Positions 39,430 through 49,179 of a DNA stretch of 64,000 nucleotides are shown one piece after another (the first letter of the stretch is position 1; every line of letters begins with the position of its first letter). Source of the DNA: Candidatus Latescibacterota bacterium (GTDB taxonomy: Bacteria > Latescibacterota > UBA2968 > UBA8231). The position numbers and the translations under genes are program-made. Under the pieces are notes generated by a model. That model had not been told where the DNA came from. It saw nothing but the letters and a program-made list of their open reading frames with translations, and searched no databases. The stretch spans positions 2,464,001 to 2,528,000 of the forward strand of contig CBDFJF010000001.1 in NCBI GenBank assembly GCA_965248265.1. Reading direction: 5' to 3'.

Positions 39430-41262
39430 TCAACCGACCTGCATAGGCAGGACGATCTCGAAACTCGTACCTTTGTCCTCCGCGCTTTCCACCACCTGAA
39501 TGCGCCCGCTGTGATAGTCCTCGACGATCCGCTTGACGAAAGCCAGACCGAGACCCCAGCCTCGTTTCTTGGTGCTGAACCCGGGCTCGAAAACTCGGGT
39601 CTGATGTTCGGGCCGAATACCTCGTCCATTATCCGTGATCGTGATCTTGATCGTTTCCTTTGTTTCGGCTACGCCCAAATCCACCACGATCAGACCCTCC
39701 TTACGTCCGATGGCATCGATCGCATTTTTGAACAGATTCTCGAAAGCCCAACCCATCAATTCGCTGTTCAGCGGTATTTCGGCGACATCAGCAGCGTGGA
39801 AATCGATGCGGTGTTGGCCGAATTGTGGACCCCTGCTCTTGAAATAGCTGATCGTCTCTTCGAGGAGAGCCCGGACGTCCGTGCTCTTGAGCTCCGGTAC
39901 GGAGCCGATCTGGCTGAACCGGGAGGCGATCTGATTCAGACGACCCAGATCCTGTTGCATTTCGCGCGCGATAGAGCCGACGTCCATGCTTTCATCTTGC
40001 TTGGCATCTTCCGGTTGCGCTTGCTTGGACGCCATCAGCTCCAGCCATCCCGAAAGAGAGGATAGCGGCGTTCCCAGCTGATGGGCTGTTTCCTTGGCCA
40101 TGCCAACCCAGATTGAACGTTGCTCACTGCGGCGAATGTTGCGAAACCCTATGTATCCGATGACGGAGAACAGGGACAACACGCCCAAGGTGACGAAGGG
40201 CGCAAACTCGATTCCCTTGATCAGGTCGGAATCGCCGTAGTGGTAGAGTTTTTCGGTCTGAATCCTGAAAAATGAAGGCTCTGAATCGACGGCCATACGC
40301 CGCATGGTACGGATGGCGTCCCGCTGGTTGCTGTCCTCCGTGAACCCCGGCCCGCCCCATTCGAGTGGCCGGCCGACGCGATCGGTGATGACGAAGTCCA
40401 ATCCCTCCCAGTAGAAACGGATGCTGTCCGCGACGGGAACTCTGATTGAGTCTTGAACTCCAATCACTTCCAGCCGTTGGCGGACAACGTTGAGGGCCGC
40501 GGCACTGGTATCTCCCCTCGACGGCAACGAGGGGCCCTCCCAGGTGACGATTTCTCCACCGCTGCTGGAAATCACCATGTCGCCGCCGGCCAGCGACACC
40601 AACCCCAGCGCCCGATCGGCTGCGAAGAACAGGATCGGCTCACGTTCGGCGTCCATCCTGCCCATCACCTCCCGCACGACCTGGTAGGCCACCTGCGAAC
40701 TGTCGTCCGGGTCGGGCAGACCGGGACCGAACCAGCGCTCGATATCGCCTCGATGATTGGTGACGATGACCGGAAGTCTCTCCTTGGGATGGAGGACCAC
40801 GTCCATGAGGACCAACTGTTCCAGCTGCTCTGGCAGGCTTGTCGATGTGACCAGAGAAGCCAGGTGCGCATTGATCTCGGCTCGGTCACGCTCCCGATCC
40901 CTGAGTTCGTCAATGACATGCTCACTGTATATGAGAAAGGCCATCACCAGGACGATGGCGCCCAGGAAGAACAGGACTCGGTAGGTTGGCGACGGACCCC
41001 ATGAGGAGAGAAATCGCTGTACCCACCGTCGCGGCAGATGAAGCAAGCCTCGACCCTGTCTGCGCACGCCAGCGTGGTCCCCTACCACATCCTCCGAGTC
41101 CAGCTGGCGATCAGGTATTCCAGGATCAAGCGACCCTCTTCGCCTCCGACGCCTCGCCGGCTCCGGTGTGACCGATTGCTGGGAGTCGGGCTGAGCCCGT
41201 TCGTGCTCCAAGGGTCCCTTGGATGTGGTGTCAGCGTCCGAAATGTTGGCGTTTTCGGTCAT
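39430..41262 (-). CDS. Membrane sensor histidine kinase
   Basis: Two TM helices, WVGMAKETAHQLGTP (H-box), ENLFKNAIDA, DNGRGI, FSTKKRGWGLGL. Confidence 0.93.
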   Translation of the reverse strand: MTENANISDADTTSKGPLEHERAQPDSQQSVTPEPARRRRRRGSLDPGIPDRQLDSEDVVGDHAGVRRQGRGLLHLPRRWVQRFLSSWGPSPTYRVLFFLGAIVLVMAFLIYSEHVIDELRDRERDRAEINAHLASLVTSTSLPEQLEQLVLMDVVLHPKERLPVIVTNHRGDIERWFGPGLPDPDDSSQVAYQVVREVMGRMDAEREPILFFAADRALGLVSLAGGDMVISSSGGEIVTWEGPSLPSRGDTSAAALNVVRQRLEVIGVQDSIRVPVADSIRFYWEGLDFVITDRVGRPLEWGGPGFTEDSNQRDAIRTMRRMAVDSEPSFFRIQTEKLYHYGDSDLIKGIEFAPFVTLGVLSLFSVIGYIGFRNIRRSEQRSIWVGMAKETAHQLGTPLSSLSGWLELMASKQAQPEDAKQDESMDVGSIAREMQQDLGRLNQIASRFSQIGSVPELKSTDVRALLEETISYFKSRGPQFGQHRIDFHAADVAEIPLNSELMGWAFENLFKNAIDAIGRKEGLIVVDLGVAETKETIKITITDNGRGIRPEHQTRVFEPGFSTKKRGWGLGLAFVKRIVEDYHSGRIQVVESAEDKGTSFEIVLPMQVG

Positions 41263-41415
41263 CGTAGGCGCTCAAACCGTGTTTTGTATTCGTCGGTACC
41301 CTTTGTAAATTAAACCAGTTACAAAGGTAACACCGCCATCAATCGTCCGCTTGCGCCAACCTCACAATCAACAGGACCTCATTTGACACTTTCAGTTCCT
41401 GTATCGGACCATGCC

Positions 41416-42402
41416 ATGGCCGGGAAGATGGTCGTATGGGCTCTGGTCCTGGCAGTTGTGGGTTCTTCTTCCCCCGGCACGTTTGCCGATCCGGGTGGAG
41501 CTGATGTGGCCGAGACGGATCGAGCGCTGGTTGAGCCCCCCGACCTGGAAGCGCAGCCTGAAGGCCTTGACTACAGCCGGCTGGCTTTGACCGGTGGGAG
41601 TGCCGTCGTCGTCCACCACATCGGTTTCGAATATTTCGATCGTGCTTGGTACCAGGGGCAAAAACAGGACCGTATTCGCTGGCTGAACGACTGGGCCGGT
41701 GACACCTATGTCAACATGGACAAGGGCGGCCACTTCATGGGCGGCCTGTTCCTGTCGCGATCCCTCATCACCACCTACTCCTGGACAGGCTTCAAACCCC
41801 GAACGGCGGCAGCCCTGGGTACCTTCACCAGTTGGGTCGCCTTGCTCGAGATCGAAATGCGGGATGCCTATTTCGATCAGTGGGGTTTCAGCGTGCCGGA
41901 CTTCGCGGCCAACACCCTGGGCGCCTCGGTACCGCTGCTGCATGCGTTTGTGCCGGCGACCCGAGTCGTCAATTTCAAGTTCGGTTATTGGCCATCATCC
42001 CTGTACACGAACAGTAAGGAGCGTGACCTCGCCAATCGGCCCCATACCGACTACATCATCGACGACTACGAGGGCATGACGTTCTGGATGACCCTCGCTC
42101 TCGACGACGTCCTCTCCGGCAGGGCCGAAGAAGTGTGGCCGGATTTCCTCGGAATCGCTCTGGGCTACGGCGCACAAGGGTTGCACGGGAGCAACGTCAA
42201 AAGCAGGGGACGCGAAAGAGCCTTTAAGGACCTCCCCGATGCCCAACCGGAGCTACTGCTAGCGCTGGACTACGACGCACGTTATCTACCGGGAAAAGGT
42301 TTTCTGTGGAATCACTTCAAGACCCAGTTGAACTGGATCCACTTCCCCGCTCCTGCGATTCGCTTCTACCCTGATCTTCGCTTCTACTTGCTGTACCTGT
42401 AG
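41416..42402 (+). CDS. DUF2279/YfiM-like exported protein
   Basis: Signal peptide, MDKGGH, E..D....WGFS..D..AN.LG, DDYEGMTFW, LALDYD. Confidence 0.7.
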   Translation: MAGKMVVWALVLAVVGSSSPGTFADPGGADVAETDRALVEPPDLEAQPEGLDYSRLALTGGSAVVVHHIGFEYFDRAWYQGQKQDRIRWLNDWAGDTYVNMDKGGHFMGGLFLSRSLITTYSWTGFKPRTAAALGTFTSWVALLEIEMRDAYFDQWGFSVPDFAANTLGASVPLLHAFVPATRVVNFKFGYWPSSLYTNSKERDLANRPHTDYIIDDYEGMTFWMTLALDDVLSGRAEEVWPDFLGIALGYGAQGLHGSNVKSRGRERAFKDLPDAQPELLLALDYDARYLPGKGFLWNHFKTQLNWIHFPAPAIRFYPDLRFYLLYL

Positions 42403-42439
42403 CGAATGAGGACTCTTCTCCCCCGAGCCGATGGCTCGT

Positions 42440-43603
42440 CTACCGCAGCAGACTGAGGATCTGGTCGATGTCGGCATCAGCCGACACGGCGATGCTCGTC
42501 GCCGCCTCAGCCAGAATCTGCGAATGGGTCATCGCCGTAATCCCCCTGGCGATGTCGACCTCGCGAATGTTTGCCTCGGTTGCCTGCATCCGTTCCATCA
42601 CGGCCTCACCGGTGTTCAGACTCAGCTGCAATCGGTTTTGGAACGCGCCGATGCGATTGCGTTCGTCGATCAGCGCACTTTGAGCCTGGCGCAACGCGGG
42701 GAGCGCGTTTTGGGCATCCTCTAGAGTCTGGATTGAGATGCTCTCGAGGTTGAGTCCTGGGCCGCTGGATCCCATGTCGGCGATGCTGATGGTGGTGACA
42801 TCGTTGCTCGTCTCTGCCGGGCCGACCTGGAAGGTCAACCCCGTGATCCCCTCGACAACCAGGGTCTTGCCCGCCAGCTCTCCGTCGATGTACTGCTGCC
42901 GGCCGCTGTCGTCACGCCCACCTCCCAGTGTGACCTCGATGCCAAGATTGTCGAAACCCAGCACGACGGCATCATCGATAGCAAGAGCGCCGTCTTCCCC
43001 AAGATTGGGTACGTTCACGGTTTGGGTCAGCACGCCGTTGCCCAGGGTCAGGGTGCCGTCTTCGGGATCGTCCAGGAAAACGTAGGTACCCGGTATCGCC
43101 TCTGTGAGTCTGACACGCGCTACTCCGGTATCTTCGACATCCGCCACCGCGCTGGAGGCAATCCGGTCCACCCGGGCGACGAAACCGTTGAGCAGTTCCT
43201 TGCCGTTGTAGGTCGTGGCTCCCGCGATCCGATCGATCTCTTGCTTGAGGTCTTCGAATTCCGAGTTGATGCTGAGCCGGTCACTGTCGTTAAAAACTGA
43301 CGAAGCCCCCTGCATCGACAGATCCAACATGCGGTTGATCATGCCGCCGATGGCGTCGAGCGATCCGTCTGCTACCTGCAGCAGGGAAAAGGTCTGCTGG
43401 ATATTGCGCTGGCCCTCAACGATGGCTCGAACTTCCGAGTTGATCCCGTCGGCGAGCGCGAGACTGGCCGGATCGTCACTCGAGCGGTTGACTCGGCGAC
43501 CGCTGGACAATTGCCCTATCTGCTTGGAAACATCCGCCTGGTGAACGGCGAGCTGCCGATGGACCTGTCGCAGGTGGACGTTGTGATTGATGCGTGCTGG
43601 CAT
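42440..43603 (-). CDS. Flagellin-family protein
   Basis: RINHN...LSSGRRVNRSSDDPASLA, LQVADGSL, TTYNGKELL; C-terminal RNRIGAFQNRL...ANIREVDIA...ILSLLR. Confidence 0.92.
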   Translation of the reverse strand: MPARINHNVHLRQVHRQLAVHQADVSKQIGQLSSGRRVNRSSDDPASLALADGINSEVRAIVEGQRNIQQTFSLLQVADGSLDAIGGMINRMLDLSMQGASSVFNDSDRLSINSEFEDLKQEIDRIAGATTYNGKELLNGFVARVDRIASSAVADVEDTGVARVRLTEAIPGTYVFLDDPEDGTLTLGNGVLTQTVNVPNLGEDGALAIDDAVVLGFDNLGIEVTLGGGRDDSGRQQYIDGELAGKTLVVEGITGLTFQVGPAETSNDVTTISIADMGSSGPGLNLESISIQTLEDAQNALPALRQAQSALIDERNRIGAFQNRLQLSLNTGEAVMERMQATEANIREVDIARGITAMTHSQILAEAATSIAVSADADIDQILSLLR

Positions 43604-43647
43604 GGTCTTTACCCCGGGTTCAATTAACTAATAGACATGAACCGTCA

Positions 43648-43663
43648 AGCAAAGCGCATACCA
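43648..43663 (-). promoter_or_regulatory. sigma54 (-24/-12) promoter candidate for flagellin
   Basis: Minus strand TGGTATGCGCTTTGCT fits TGGCAC-N5-TTGCW with exact GG-N10-GC spacing, about 45 nt upstream of the ATG. Confidence 0.65.
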
Positions 43664-43849
43664 TTTACCGGGAGCTCCGGGAGAAACTCCTGACACCCAG
43701 CTTAACTTGCTGTTAATTTGGAGCTTACAAAAAAATCAGGCTGGGTAACTTGAGTTGTTGCGTGTGGCTGAATGTAGGAAGAATTGGCTGGTTCGTATTG
43801 CGCCCGGAACGGAAACCTGACCTATCCGGATCCGGGCACTGCTGGCGGA

Positions 43850-44347
43850 TCAGCTTCTGGCGAGTTGACCCTCGGGCCGCGATGAATCAACCACCGCGGT
43901 TCCGGAAAGCGTCTCCGCATCCTGGCGTTTGCGTTGATCCATGGGAACGACGTTGGCAGCTTCGGTGAGCTCTTGCGGTTTGTTGACTTCGTCAGCTGCT
44001 TCCATGGCGCAGCTGCCATGAAAGACGGCTCCCTCTGAAACGGACAAGGCGCCTGTGTAAACATCGCCGATAAAACGTGCCTGGTTGTCCAGGCGGACCT
44101 TTTCGGCCCGCACCGTACCTCGGACGACTCCGTTGACGTAGATGTCTTTGCCTTCGAGGTGGGCATACGCCTCACCTGACTGGCTGATCGTCAAGGCACC
44201 TGAACAGGACAACTCCCCTTTGAAAACGCCGTCGATGCGGACACTGTTGTCCACCTTCATGACCCCTTCGAAGACCGTCCCTCTGCCAATTATCGTGTTG
44301 AGCGTCTGCCCGCCAGCGACGGCGCCGTTTTCTCGTTTACCCAGCAT
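43850..44347 (-). CDS. Bactofilin (polymer-forming cytoskeletal protein)
   Basis: TIIGRGTVFEG...VRIDGVFKG...VNGVVRG...GAVFHGSC beta-helix repeats. Confidence 0.9.
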   Translation of the reverse strand: MLGKRENGAVAGGQTLNTIIGRGTVFEGVMKVDNSVRIDGVFKGELSCSGALTISQSGEAYAHLEGKDIYVNGVVRGTVRAEKVRLDNQARFIGDVYTGALSVSEGAVFHGSCAMEAADEVNKPQELTEAANVVPMDQRKRQDAETLSGTAVVDSSRPEGQLARS

Positions 44348-44494
44348 GATCAACTCTCGCGCCCTGTTAAAAAACGCCAAGAACGTGCCTTACAGGCACT
44401 TTCGACGGCGTGTTAATTGCCTGTTAATCCAGTATTTACGAAGACTTATGAATATAGCTCTCAGACGGGTTGAATGCAATAAGAAAATCCGCTG

Positions 44495-45706
44495 TCAACC
44501 TTTCCCCTTCTTCTTCCTTTTGCCTCGATTTTTTAGCCGTTTGCTAAATGGTGCGGACTCCAACGCCTTCTTGACTTCCTCACGATCCTGAAGCCGCTCG
44601 ACCACCACCATGACGGCAGAACTGGTGAGGTCCTCAACCGTAGTGGTGTCGATGACGGGGATGTCATCCAGCGTCGTGTTCTCCAGGATGTAGTCCTGGA
44701 TTTTCAGTATGTGTGTCATGTGAGACAGGTACTTTTCAGAGGATCGCTCCGGCGCCTCGGCCGCGCGTTGCTGGAAGCGTTCCTCAAAAACCTCCTCCTC
44801 GGATATAGACAGACACAGCGGTGCCAGGAACGCTCGGTCTTCGAATTCTGACAGATCCAGAATCCCGGGAAGCAGGTGTACCCCGTCTATGATGACGCTA
44901 GTGTTTTCCTCCATGGCGCGACTCAGTATCGCGCGCACACCAACTGCCACGGTGCGCGCCTGCTCGCGGAAACCAGCGATAACGGGATCCATCGAGGGAT
45001 CGTGCGAGTTGGTGACCTCTGAAGCTTGATACGACGAGACGTGGATAGCCGGCATGAGTTCCGGCGCCAGCGTCAAGCGCATGATCTGGCGGATGTCGTC
45101 GGTGGCGACCATGTGCGGAATATCGAGGACGTTGGCCAGACTGACTGCCAGGGTGGTCTTGCCGACACCGCTGGTGCCGCCGATGAGGATGACGAGCGGT
45201 TTGTCCAGATCCTTGAGCGCCCGCACGATGAAGTAGCGCTCGGCGTAGCTGAGGCCATGGCGCTCAGTCAGCGCCGTGGCCGCGGCCTCCTGGAGTTCGG
45301 TATGCGTGATCCGGCTGCAGCGTTGATCGATGAGTCCTGACTCGATCTCGCGGGCGATGTCGTAGGCGTCGTCGGGGGCCAGACCTGATGCCTGCAACGA
45401 TCGCGACAGCGTCTCCTTCGAGAATGGACGCGGACCCTTGCGGCGATCCACCGTTATCGTCGTCGGTCGCGATTCCCAGAACACGAGGTCGCCGATCGGA
45501 CGCTCTGGGTAGTGCTCCTGCAACATCTCGGCGATGAGCTTGAGCATGTCCTTCTTGTCGACCTCGCCCAACTCGCGTACCACCTGGCGAACTGAATCGG
45601 CGACGTCGTACGCCTCATCGTGATCGAAGCCGCGCTGGATCAGATGGTGCACCAGCATGCCGCGCATGAAAGGGATGCGCTTTTTCCCGTCGACGATGGT
45701 AGCCAA
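44495..45706 (-). CDS. 2-phosphoglycerate kinase-like protein with ATP-cone domains
   Basis: PFMRGML and PFSKETLSRSL ATP-cone-like starts, PLVILIGGTSGVGKTT, ATDDIRQIMR, IIDGVHLLPG. Confidence 0.82.
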   Translation of the reverse strand: MATIVDGKKRIPFMRGMLVHHLIQRGFDHDEAYDVADSVRQVVRELGEVDKKDMLKLIAEMLQEHYPERPIGDLVFWESRPTTITVDRRKGPRPFSKETLSRSLQASGLAPDDAYDIAREIESGLIDQRCSRITHTELQEAAATALTERHGLSYAERYFIVRALKDLDKPLVILIGGTSGVGKTTLAVSLANVLDIPHMVATDDIRQIMRLTLAPELMPAIHVSSYQASEVTNSHDPSMDPVIAGFREQARTVAVGVRAILSRAMEENTSVIIDGVHLLPGILDLSEFEDRAFLAPLCLSISEEEVFEERFQQRAAEAPERSSEKYLSHMTHILKIQDYILENTTLDDIPVIDTTTVEDLTSSAVMVVVERLQDREEVKKALESAPFSKRLKNRGKRKKKGKG

Positions 45707-45909
45707 TTCAACCTCTTCTCACGCCTGCGGAACTTCGTTTCCGGCGGATTGGGATGTCAGCCCAATATACCCCGCCCGTGATCCGGGCGGCAAGGTGGAA
45801 GATTGCTCAGCACCTCTTCAATGGAGATATTATCTCGATTGCATCGGCAACAACCGCACTCCGAGAGACATTGAATAGCTTCGGACAACATTCAGGAGTC
45901 CCAGAAACC

Positions 45910-47052
45910 ATGTCGAACCCACTATTGGAATTGCAGACCTTAGGGCAGAGCGTTTGGTACGACAACATTGAACGCGGCATGATAATCTCGGGCCAGCTTC
46001 AGCGTCTGATCGCCGAGGATGGCTTGCGTGGCATGACCTCGAATCCCGCCATTTTCGAGAAAGCGATTTCTGGCTCGCGTGAGTACGCTGGTGCGCTTCG
46101 CCAATTCGCTGGCGCAGAGCGCTCGGCACAGGAGATCTACGAGGTGATCGCTATCCAGGATATTCAGTGGGCTGCAGACGTGCTGTTGCCCGTGTACGAG
46201 GATACCGAAGGACGGGACGGTTACATTTCATTGGAAGTCTCTCCGCATCTGGCAAATGACACCGAGGCCACGGTCGAAGAAGCCTTGCGCCTTGCCAACG
46301 ATGTCGGCCGTCGCAATTTGATGATCAAGGTCCCTGGAACCAGGGCCGGGGTACCCGCCATCCAGCGTCTCATCGCGGAAGGCTTAAATATCAATGTCAC
46401 CCTGCTGTTTTCCGTCGACAGCTACGTTGACGTGGCCGAGGCCTACATCAGCGGACTGGAAACCCTGCAGACGCGGGGAGGCGACCCCGCCGGGATCGCC
46501 AGCGTTGCCAGTTTCTTCGTCAGTCGGATCGATGCGGTCGTCGACGACCGCATCGAAACCATGCTGCGTGCCGGAGTGGAGCGAGCAAGCGACCGGGTCA
46601 CGCTGCGCAGCCTGTTTGGCAAGGTGGCGATAGCCAACGCAAAAGTGGCCTACCTGCGCTACGAGGAATTAATTGCCGAACCCAGATGGCAGGCCCTGGC
46701 CTCGCAGGGCGCTCGCAGCCAACGGCTGCTATGGGCGAGCACCAGCGTTAAGAATCCGGCTTATCGGGACGTTCTCTACGTCGAAGAGCTGATTGGCCCT
46801 GATACGGTGAACACGCTTCCCGAGGCGACTCTGAACAGCTTTCGCGACCATGGAGAGGTTCGCGCCAGCCTGCAGGAAAACCCGGAGGAAGCCGTCGACA
46901 TGATGGCGGCACTGGAAGAATCGGGGATCTCGATCGATGCGATAACCGATCAGCTGCAGACCGATGCCGTCCGTCTTTTCGTCGAGCCGTTCGACAAACT
47001 CCTCGCCTCGATAGAGTCTCAGCGCGCCGCCGCGCAACCCAAGAGGGCGTAG
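45910..47052 (+). CDS. tal: Transaldolase
   Basis: GQSVWYDNI, GMTSNPAIF, LEVSP, NLMIKVPGT, NVTLLFS, VASFFVSRID, LLWASTS. Confidence 0.96.
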   Translation: MSNPLLELQTLGQSVWYDNIERGMIISGQLQRLIAEDGLRGMTSNPAIFEKAISGSREYAGALRQFAGAERSAQEIYEVIAIQDIQWAADVLLPVYEDTEGRDGYISLEVSPHLANDTEATVEEALRLANDVGRRNLMIKVPGTRAGVPAIQRLIAEGLNINVTLLFSVDSYVDVAEAYISGLETLQTRGGDPAGIASVASFFVSRIDAVVDDRIETMLRAGVERASDRVTLRSLFGKVAIANAKVAYLRYEELIAEPRWQALASQGARSQRLLWASTSVKNPAYRDVLYVEELIGPDTVNTLPEATLNSFRDHGEVRASLQENPEEAVDMMAALEESGISIDAITDQLQTDAVRLFVEPFDKLLASIESQRAAAQPKRA

Positions 47053-47074
47053 GCGAGCGAGACGAACACCAGTC

Positions 47075-48595
47075 GTGACGAATTCCTTCCTCAGCGCTCG
47101 CGACCGCATTCCCGATCCCTGCGCCCTGATCATCCTCGGAGCCACCGGCGATCTGACCCGTCGCAAGCTGGTTCCAGCTGTGTGGCAACTGTTCCGCCAG
47201 GATCGCCTGGCAGATGGGTTCGTGCTGGTGGGAGTGGCCCGTTCCGGGCGGACCTCGGAGCAGTTCCGTGATGACATGAAGGCTTCCGTGCTGGAATTTA
47301 CCGGTGTTGGGGTGGGTGAGGACGTTGAACGCGTGGATCGGTTTCTCAGTTGCCTCCACTATGTTCAAGGCGAGCTTGACGACGCCGACACCTATCGCCG
47401 GCTGGGCAAGTTTCTGCATCAGAGCGAGGTCGAGAGCGGCACACGGGGTAACCACTGCTTCTACTGCTCTGTGCCGCCGCAGGTCTATCGCAACATCGTC
47501 GACCAACTCGGTGCCGCGGGACTCAACCGGGAAGGCGAGAGCGGAAATGGGTGGGTCCGCATCATCGTTGAGAAACCCTTCGGTCACGACCTGGCCTCGG
47601 CGTGCGAGCTCAATCAGCATATTCACAAGGTCTTCGATGAACGCCAGATCTATCGGATCGACCACTACCTCGGCAAGGAGACGGTACAGAACATCCTCGT
47701 CTTCAGGCTGGCAAATTCGATGTTCGAGCCGCTGTGGAACCGGCGTTACGTCGACCACGTTCAGATCACTGCCGCGGAGACCGTCGGCGTAGAGCATCGG
47801 GCCGGGTACTACGATCGCTCTGGGGCTCTGCGTGACATGATCCAGAATCACTTGCTGCAGGTGTTGAGCGTCATTGCCATGGAGCCACCGTCGGCGTTCG
47901 ATTCAGAATCGGTGCGCATCGAAAAATTGAAGGTACTGAAGGCGATAAGGCCTATCAGCATTGGCGAGGTCGATGGGGTCGCAGTGAGGGCACAGTACAC
48001 GGCGGGGGAAGTCGATGGGGAATCACGCATCGGCTACCTTGAAGAGGAGGGCGTCGCCGCGGGTTCGCGGACCGAGACCTTCGCGGCTCTCGAGTTCACC
48101 ATCGACAACTGGCGTTGGCAGGGGGTTCCCTTCTACGTGCGCACGGGAAAGCGACTGGCCACAAGAGCGAGCGCAGTTACGCTGCAATTCAAACAACCCC
48201 CGCATCTGATCTTCCAGGACAGCGAAAATGTGAGTCCCAGCAGGCTGACCGTTCGCCTGCAGCCGGAAGAGGGCATCGCACTCTCCTTCAGTGGCAAGAT
48301 TCCGGGGCAGGATGTTGAATTGGGTACGGTGGAGATGGACTTCTGTTACGCAGATACCTTCGGCGGCCGTCATCCGGAAGCCTACGAAACGCTCTTGCTG
48401 GACTGCCTCCAGGGCGACGCCACCCTGTTTGCTTCCGCCGACTGGATCGAGAAATCCTGGGAACTGCTCATGCCGGTGCTGGAAGCCTGGGGCGCGTCAG
48501 CGTCCAGGGTGCCATCCTATCCGGCCGGCAGCTGGGGCCCCCCGCAGGCCGATCAGTTGTTCGACCGTGCCTGGAGACAGTGGGCAACCCCGTGA
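47075..48595 (+). CDS. zwf: Glucose-6-phosphate 1-dehydrogenase
   Basis: GATGDL, EKPFG, YRIDHYLGKE, RDMIQNH, PFYVRTGK. Confidence 0.98.
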   Translation: MTNSFLSARDRIPDPCALIILGATGDLTRRKLVPAVWQLFRQDRLADGFVLVGVARSGRTSEQFRDDMKASVLEFTGVGVGEDVERVDRFLSCLHYVQGELDDADTYRRLGKFLHQSEVESGTRGNHCFYCSVPPQVYRNIVDQLGAAGLNREGESGNGWVRIIVEKPFGHDLASACELNQHIHKVFDERQIYRIDHYLGKETVQNILVFRLANSMFEPLWNRRYVDHVQITAAETVGVEHRAGYYDRSGALRDMIQNHLLQVLSVIAMEPPSAFDSESVRIEKLKVLKAIRPISIGEVDGVAVRAQYTAGEVDGESRIGYLEEEGVAAGSRTETFAALEFTIDNWRWQGVPFYVRTGKRLATRASAVTLQFKQPPHLIFQDSENVSPSRLTVRLQPEEGIALSFSGKIPGQDVELGTVEMDFCYADTFGGRHPEAYETLLLDCLQGDATLFASADWIEKSWELLMPVLEAWGASASRVPSYPAGSWGPPQADQLFDRAWRQWATP

Positions 48596-48629
48596 CAACC
48601 GTATTCACGACAACCGTATTGGTGATAAC

Positions 48630-49172
48630 ATGGACTCTAATGTGCGTGAAAAGGCGGCCGCCATTCGGCTGCTGTTGATGGATGTCGATGGCGTTTGGAC
48701 GGACGGCACGATCTTCTACGTCCCGGGACCCGATGGCGAGATGGTGGAGATCAAGACTTCCCACTCTCAAGACGGTATGGCACTGAGGTGGGCGCATGCC
48801 GCCGGCATTGCCTCTGGCTTGATCAGCGGCCGCGACTCGCCCGTCGTCACCCATCGGGCGACCATGCTGGGCGTCACCTACATCTATCAGGGTTACCTGG
48901 AGAAGATCCCGCTGTTCGAGGAAATATGTGACAAAGCCGGAGTCTCAGCTGATCAGGTCGCCTTTATCGGGGATGACCTCACCGACCTGCCACTCATCAC
49001 CCGCGCCGGCTTGGGCGTCGCCGTGGCCAACGGCCGTGATGAGGTGAAGCGGAAAGCCGATTTCGTTACTCAGGCGCCAGGCGGTTACGGCGCCATCCGC
49101 GAAACCGTAGAGCTGATCATGTCAGCGCAGGGAACGTGGCAGCAGGTACTCGAAAAGTACGGCGCAGACTGA
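48630..49172 (+). CDS. kdsC: KDO 8-phosphate phosphatase (HAD family)
   Basis: LLMDVDGVWTDG, DG, ISGR, FIGDDLTD, GGYGAIRE. Confidence 0.88.
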   Translation: MDSNVREKAAAIRLLLMDVDGVWTDGTIFYVPGPDGEMVEIKTSHSQDGMALRWAHAAGIASGLISGRDSPVVTHRATMLGVTYIYQGYLEKIPLFEEICDKAGVSADQVAFIGDDLTDLPLITRAGLGVAVANGRDEVKRKADFVTQAPGGYGAIRETVELIMSAQGTWQQVLEKYGAD

Positions 49173-49179
49173 GCGGAGC

